This document shows, one piece after another, positions 27,386 through 32,000 of a stretch of 32,000 nucleotides of DNA. How positions within the stretch are numbered: position 1 is the first letter of the stretch; the number at the start of each line of letters is the position of its first letter. A program made the position numbers and the translations under genes. This DNA comes from Ignicoccus pacificus DSM 13166 (lineage in GTDB: Archaea > Thermoproteota > Thermoprotei_A > Sulfolobales > Ignicoccaceae): contig CP006868.1 of assembly GCA_025340205.1 (NCBI GenBank), positions 420,001-452,000 of the forward strand. The letters are read 5' to 3'. The notes beneath the pieces were generated by a model that had not been told where the DNA came from, did no database searches, and worked only from the letters and a program-made list of their open reading frames with translations.

Positions 27386-28221
27386 TTGTATTCCCTCGAG
27401 CCTAGCCTCACCTCGACCTTGTCCTTCTCAAGGTCTATAACTGCAAAGAGCAAAGCTCCATGCTCCGCCTCGGAGCCGGGGTTAACTACAACCGTTTTCC
27501 CTATCCTTCCGTAGCCCCTAGCCTCGTGGATGTGGCCGTGGAGGCTTAGGATCGGCTGCTTTTCCTCTATCCACCTTCTCACGGAGATCGAGCCCACGTG
27601 GCCTCCCCCGTGGTAGTTGCTCTCGTCCACGACTCCCTTCGGAGGGGAGTGGCTCACCAAGATATCTGCCTCTTCCGGAAGGCACTTCCAAACGTCGTCC
27701 TCGCTTCCCTCTCTATACGTTCCAAAGGGGGTGTAGGGAACTATGCTGCAGCCCCTAATCACCATTCCATTTATCGTTAGCTCCTTGGGAGCATTCCTCA
27801 AGGCCTCGTTCATTAACCAATGATCAACGTTTCCGGGAATGATGAAGTAGTTCACATCTTTCATCCTCTCCAGCCACTCCTCAACCCTCTCCTTCGCAGC
27901 CCAAGCTAGCAATCCGGGAGCGTTCCTCTCCACTTGCCTTTCGTGAGCGTCCACTATGTAGCCTCCGGCGTTCTCGAAGGCCTCTACTCCCATGCCCAAG
28001 CTCTTCTTCCTTCCCCAAACGCACTTGCAGTAGTTGTTCTCATTGCAGACGCACTTACCGGTGAGGTCCCCCGAGACCACTAGCAAGTCCGCACTGAGCT
28101 CCTTATAGAGCTCCAAGGTAAGCTCCATTGCCTTCTTAGATCCATGAAGGTCGCTGACGTGCAGTATCCTCAAGCGTGATCCCGGCCTTGGAAGGGGAGG
28201 GAGAGTTAAGAGGTGCTTCAT
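27382..28221 (-). CDS. Calcineurin-like metallophosphoesterase
   Basis: LRILHVSDLHGSKKAM, DLLVVSGDLTG, IPGNVDHWL, ILVSHSPPKG, LHGHIHEARGYG, VVNPGSE. Confidence 0.93.
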   Translation of the reverse strand: MKHLLTLPPLPRPGSRLRILHVSDLHGSKKAMELTLELYKELSADLLVVSGDLTGKCVCNENNYCKCVWGRKKSLGMGVEAFENAGGYIVDAHERQVERNAPGLLAWAAKERVEEWLERMKDVNYFIIPGNVDHWLMNEALRNAPKELTINGMVIRGCSIVPYTPFGTYREGSEDDVWKCLPEEADILVSHSPPKGVVDESNYHGGGHVGSISVRRWIEEKQPILSLHGHIHEARGYGRIGKTVVVNPGSEAEHGALLFAVIDLEKDKVEVRLGSREYK

Positions 28222-28910
28222 TGTGGTTGGGAAATCACGATGGTTTGATCAATCTTAGCTTTATCGGCGCAACGGCTTTGAGTGGTTCCTTTTAGACCTA
28301 TTTTTACCGTCATCATTTGCTGATATTATTAGAAAGTTATTAATTAATGACTATCATTATTCTTCATCATTAGCTTTAGCTTTGTATTCACAGTGTTTAC
28401 TATTCCCTATTGAGACTTCTTTCTGTTGACTTTTTCGAGATCTAGTTTTCATCCTCTTGGCGCTTTCTCCCATCGATTCATCTAAAAACCTTCGATTGTG
28501 AAAAGACTGCATGGAAGTTACTTTCCTCTTCCAAGTTAACCACTTCCATAGATCCTCATTGCTACTCTCGTTACTTCTTATTTACCATTTTCCATGAGCA
28601 CACTTCAGAACATTTATGGTCTCCTTTCTTTCCTTCACCTTGAGCTCTATTCGATTAAGCAACTTCAAAGTTCAATTAGCTTTATGATCAAGCAATTCTT
28701 TCCATTATCACATACATGGAAACGCCGATGATAATGAACTCTTTTGTTTGACCATTAGTTTCAATTAGGTAATTCTAATTGATGGAAGTAGAGCAAAACT
28801 GTTCTCATGAAAGCTTAAGTATTCAAAGTTAATAAAGTAACCAAATCAAGGCAATGGGAAAGGAATGGCTTATTAGTGAAAGGAAGAACTAGTTAAATAG
28901 GAGGGTCACG
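28222..28910 (+). promoter_or_regulatory. AT-rich non-coding region; its right end is the probable CRISPR leader
   Basis: About 690 nt with no track ORF and low GC, ending at repeat 1. Repeats end in GAAAG on the + strand and decay to the right, placing the leader on the left. Confidence 0.5.
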
Positions 28911-29337
28911 GAAGAGTTACAATAGTGAATGGAAAGTTGGAGACGAAGGCATAGATGCCTATCGATTTCGTCCCGGCAGGAAGAGTTACAAGAGTGAATG
29001 GAAAGTCTAATCCATCATTCCATCCATTATATTACTAGACCCGCCCGAGAAGAGTTACAAGAGTGAATGGAAAGAACTTCTTTAAGAAGTCCTTGAGTTC
29101 GTCGCTGAAGTCTATGAAGAGTTACAAGAGTGAATGGAAAGTGAGTTATGCGAGCTATGAAGCTGAGAACCTCTCCTATTTCAGAGGAATCACAATAATG
29201 AATAGAAAGAAATCGTATTCATAGTTCTCTCCAATAAATCCCAGAAGAGAAGGAGGAGTTATAATAGTGAATAGAAAATAGGTCAGATCCAAAGCGATAA
29301 TGCTCGTACTAATTACTTTGGAAGAGTTACCATGAAT
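28911..29337 (+). CRISPR. Short CRISPR array: 26-nt repeat GAAGAGTTACAAGAGTGAATGGAAAG, six recognisable repeats plus a seventh partial one
   Basis: Repeats at 28911-28936 (G13T), 28980-29005, 29049-29074, 29116-29141 (exact), 29184-29209 (6 mismatches), 29253-29278 (5 mismatches), partial 29321-29337. Spacers 43, 43, 41, 42, 43, 42 nt, all different. Confidence 0.93.
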
Positions 29338-29404
29338 TACATCGACAGCCTCAAAGCTTCAAAACAGTAGAACGAATAGGTAAGTTACGGTCATATCTGT
29401 ACCT

Positions 29405-30457
29405 CTACTCTTCTTTACCCTCATCCTTGATTCCCTTCAAGTAAGCTATTGCCAGAGACTCCAACGCCCCGGCCAGAGCTGTTTCAGTTGAGAGGACTAC
29501 CCCGGGAGCTATATCCACCACGAAGTCCGCGAAGCGGTACAAGCCCATAGGAGTCCCCTTCCTCGATCCCAGCACGGCCTTCACCCTCTTAGCCCTCACC
29601 AATGCCTTACCCAGCTCCTCCTCCGCTTCCTCAAAGCTCTTTCCCTCCGGCTCGAAGATTACTACTACTTCCTTCTTGCCCTTAGACCCAACTAAGTGAT
29701 ACATATCGAATACCTTTAACTCAACCTTTCTCGCCTTCCCTTCAGTCCTCTTAGCTTGTTCGTACCTAGCTCTAGCTCCATCCTCCACCGCCCTTATGAG
29801 CCAAGACAGCTCGATAGCGTTTACCTCTTCAGTTAACCCAAAGTAATACTCCTTCACCCCATAGCTTTGAAGCACTCTCCCTATCCTCTTCCCCAGCTCT
29901 TCAACGCTCTTCCTAGGCCCTAAGTAGGGCTCTTGGATTACTATCAGCTTGTCAAAGAGATCCTTAACGCTCCTCTTCCCCTTCAGCTTCTTCATTCCAG
30001 CATACTCGGGATCCACTACTGCCAAGTAGGCTTCATCACCAATTATCTCAACCATTAGGACCTTCTCGGGATTGCTCAAGTCCACCTTAGCGTTGACGGT
30101 GTCTAGAACCACGGAGCCGAGCTCGGCGTTGACTTGGACCGAGGTGAAGGGGTGCTTCCCCCTCCTTACCGTCCTCACAGCGAACCTCTTCCCCTCAAGC
30201 TCCTTCGCCAACTCCCTAGCAGCTTCCCTTAGCTCCTCCAAGTCCGCCTTTGTACAAACTTGAGCCACCATCCCCCTTATTACCTCTGGCATCTCCAAGG
30301 CTTTCCTCAACGCCTCCTGAGGATCCTTACAGTTCCTCAATAGCACCAGTCCTTGGAATCCCATAGGAGCTCCTATTACCTCGCACTCTACCTCCAAGTT
30401 GTTCGCTACGTACTTCTCCATCCCCAGCTCGGTTTTCAGTATGACCGCCTTGCACAA
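29405..30457 (-). CDS. THUMP-domain / SPOUT-like RNA-modification family protein
   Basis: N-terminal VILKTELGMEKYVANNLEVE; THUMP-like KRFAVRTVRRGKHPFTSVQVNAELGSVVLD...VDLSNPEKVLMVEIIGDEAYLAV; C-terminal domain ...VNAIELSWLIRAVEDG. Confidence 0.7.
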   Translation of the reverse strand: MCKAVILKTELGMEKYVANNLEVECEVIGAPMGFQGLVLLRNCKDPQEALRKALEMPEVIRGMVAQVCTKADLEELREAARELAKELEGKRFAVRTVRRGKHPFTSVQVNAELGSVVLDTVNAKVDLSNPEKVLMVEIIGDEAYLAVVDPEYAGMKKLKGKRSVKDLFDKLIVIQEPYLGPRKSVEELGKRIGRVLQSYGVKEYYFGLTEEVNAIELSWLIRAVEDGARARYEQAKRTEGKARKVELKVFDMYHLVGSKGKKEVVVIFEPEGKSFEEAEEELGKALVRAKRVKAVLGSRKGTPMGLYRFADFVVDIAPGVVLSTETALAGALESLAIAYLKGIKDEGKEE

Positions 30458-30496
30458 CCTTTAACTCCCGGCTCTCCTCAAGGGGGTAGTGAAAAC

Positions 30497-31654
30497 TTGA
30501 GGATAGTGCCCCTGGAGGAGATAGCGGCGAGAGCTTTAAACAACGTGGTCAAGGGAAGAAGCCTCAAGAGCTACTTGGAAAGAGAGTATAGAAGACTGGG
30601 AATACCGGACAGAGCTAGGCCGGTGTTGGTCGGCCTAGTATCGAACGTGGCTAGGAGGTGGATGGTCCTCTCTTATCTGCTCGAGGAGGAGAGGGAGAGG
30701 CCTCCTAAGGGCTTCTCCAAGTGGCTCAAGCTGGTAATAGCCTACCAAGCCGTCTTCAGGAAGGTGCCCTATGAGAAGCTGAAGGTGAAGGCTGAGAAAG
30801 AGTGGTACGAAGAGATGCTGAAGGTGGAGCCGGAGGATCTGGAGAGGGAGTTCGGACCTAGGGTGTTTAGAAGCGTTCCCAAGTGGGCGTGGAGGGAGAT
30901 AGCGAAGGTAGCTGAGCCGATAGCCTTTGTAGACTCCTTGGACTTTAGGGAACACTTCTGGATAAGGGTGAGAGATCCGAAGGTAATCAAGAGGTTAAAG
31001 GAGCTGCGATTGGAGCTGGAGGAGAGCGAGCTCCCGGACGTCTTCAAGGCAAAGGGCCCAATGAGGGTCCTCATAACTACTAAGCTCCACCCCAAGAAGG
31101 TAATAATAATGGAGAAGGCCTCCGCGTGGATAGCTCACTTGACCGAGGGAAAGGTATTAGACCTAACCTCAGCCCCGGGAGGGAAGGCCTTACACGCTCA
31201 AGATCTGGGAAGGATTGTAGTAGCCAACGACATAGACCCGAAGAGGTTTGCCTTCAGGGAGATAGAGAGGGTGGCGGGAGACGCTAGAAGGGGTCCCTTC
31301 AGGAGGGCCTTTGACACGGTAATCCTAGACCCGGACTGCACCGGAATAGGTAGGTTGCACTCGCCCGAAAGCAGGCTGTGGTTGGCTATGACGAGTAAGG
31401 AAAAGATGGCGGAGTACCAAAGGGAGCTCATAAGGGCTTCAATCAAGTACTTGAAGAAGGGAGGAAGGTTGATCTACAGCACTTGTACCATAACCTACGA
31501 GGAAAATGAAGGTCATGAAAAGTTAATGAATGAATTAGGTTTGAGAGCCGTAGAGGTGGAGGTGGCCTCCCCGGGGTTCAAGAGAGGTTGGAGGAGGTTC
31601 TTGCCGAACGTCCACGGGACCATAGGCTTTACTTTGACTGTTCATGAGTTTTGA
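30497..31654 (+). CDS. NSUN/RsmB-family RNA cytosine-C5 methyltransferase (ORF open from 30353; TTG 30497 or GTG 30506 preferred)
   Basis: VLDLTSAPGGKALHAQDLGRIVVANDIDPKR...TVILDPDCTGIGRL...GGRLIYSTCTITYEENEGH. SD-like aggggg at 30481-30486 precedes TTG 30497. Confidence 0.88.
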   Translation: MRIVPLEEIAARALNNVVKGRSLKSYLEREYRRLGIPDRARPVLVGLVSNVARRWMVLSYLLEEERERPPKGFSKWLKLVIAYQAVFRKVPYEKLKVKAEKEWYEEMLKVEPEDLEREFGPRVFRSVPKWAWREIAKVAEPIAFVDSLDFREHFWIRVRDPKVIKRLKELRLELEESELPDVFKAKGPMRVLITTKLHPKKVIIMEKASAWIAHLTEGKVLDLTSAPGGKALHAQDLGRIVVANDIDPKRFAFREIERVAGDARRGPFRRAFDTVILDPDCTGIGRLHSPESRLWLAMTSKEKMAEYQRELIRASIKYLKKGGRLIYSTCTITYEENEGHEKLMNELGLRAVEVEVASPGFKRGWRRFLPNVHGTIGFTLTVHEF

Positions 31655-31863
31655 GATTATTCTTCTTAATGATTATCTATATTCTCATATTAGGTTCCTT
31701 TTCGAAGATATGAGGTAGTGTACATATAGTATCACCACTCAATAGAGTTTTCCTGGGGATACTATGGAGAAGGTCTATTTCATTCCCTTCGAGAACCCTC
31801 CCATAGAGTGGGGAGACAGCTGGATGGGCGCGGCCGCTTGAAGGTCCGGTTGATTCGTTAAGC

Positions 31864-32000
31864 TCAGACCTCTCCCAAGCTCAGCTTTATCTTATCTTTG
31901 ATCTTTCCATAGAACCACATGTCCTTAGGCCTGACCACGTGGAGGTCTATTGGATAGTCCAAGGGAAGGCCGTAGGAGAAGGCCTTATCCACTATCCTCA
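31864..32000 (-). CDS. C-terminal part of a second MNT-type nucleotidyltransferase (truncated by window edge)
   Basis: Not in the ORF track; reverse strand reads ..RIVDKAFSYGLPLDYPIDLHVVRPKDMWFYGKIKDKIKLSLGEV*. Parallels KAFQKGVPLDYPLNLHMYNKKDFKEV in the 12651-12980 MNT. Confidence 0.65.
   Translation of the reverse strand, partial: RIVDKAFSYGLPLDYPIDLHVVRPKDMWFYGKIKDKIKLSLGEV

Noticed and set aside
28690-28750. Possible reverse-orientation CRISPR repeat at 'ctttccattatcacatac'
   Set aside because: Only about 9 nt match the reverse complement of the repeat and no periodic partners were found.

Overview
This 32 kb window looks like hyperthermophilic crenarchaeal chromosome, Ignicoccus/Desulfurococcales-like (inferred from gene content, TATA-type promoters and GTG/TTG starts; not searched). 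The left edge holds the tail of a type III-B CRISPR effector operon (cmr4 partial, cmr5, cmr1, cmr6). Convergent to it is a compact three-gene cassette in which a PIN-domain nuclease gene lies between two recently duplicated small ORFs, a candidate toxin-antitoxin variant. The backbone contains hisF, a DUF1028 gene, a CBS protein, purT, a retropepsin-like protease, type II methionine aminopeptidase, an archaeal KH protein (Dim2/Pno1-like), RNase P RNA, a DUF2341 Thr-rich surface protein, topoisomerase IA, argC/lysY, a mevalonate operon (HMG-CoA synthase, thiolase, DUF35), a duplicated beta-propeller protein, a metallophosphoesterase, a THUMP/SPOUT-like protein and an NSUN-type RNA m5C methyltransferase. 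Defence or mobile-like elements include a HEPN/MNT pair, a second MNT fragment at the right edge, two DUF3800-like (RNase H-fold-like) genes, and a short CRISPR array (26-nt repeats, 40-43-nt spacers) with decaying distal repeats and no adjacent cas genes. The most unusual signals are: (1) the PIN gene bracketed by paralogous small proteins; (2) a DUF3800 gene whose DESG motif lies in a different frame from the rest of the protein; (3) tandem hairpins with an identical TCGC-TCCAT-GCGG core and different but paired basal stems, starting at that gene's stop codon; (4) a different structured GC-rich element directly after the other DUF3800-like gene.
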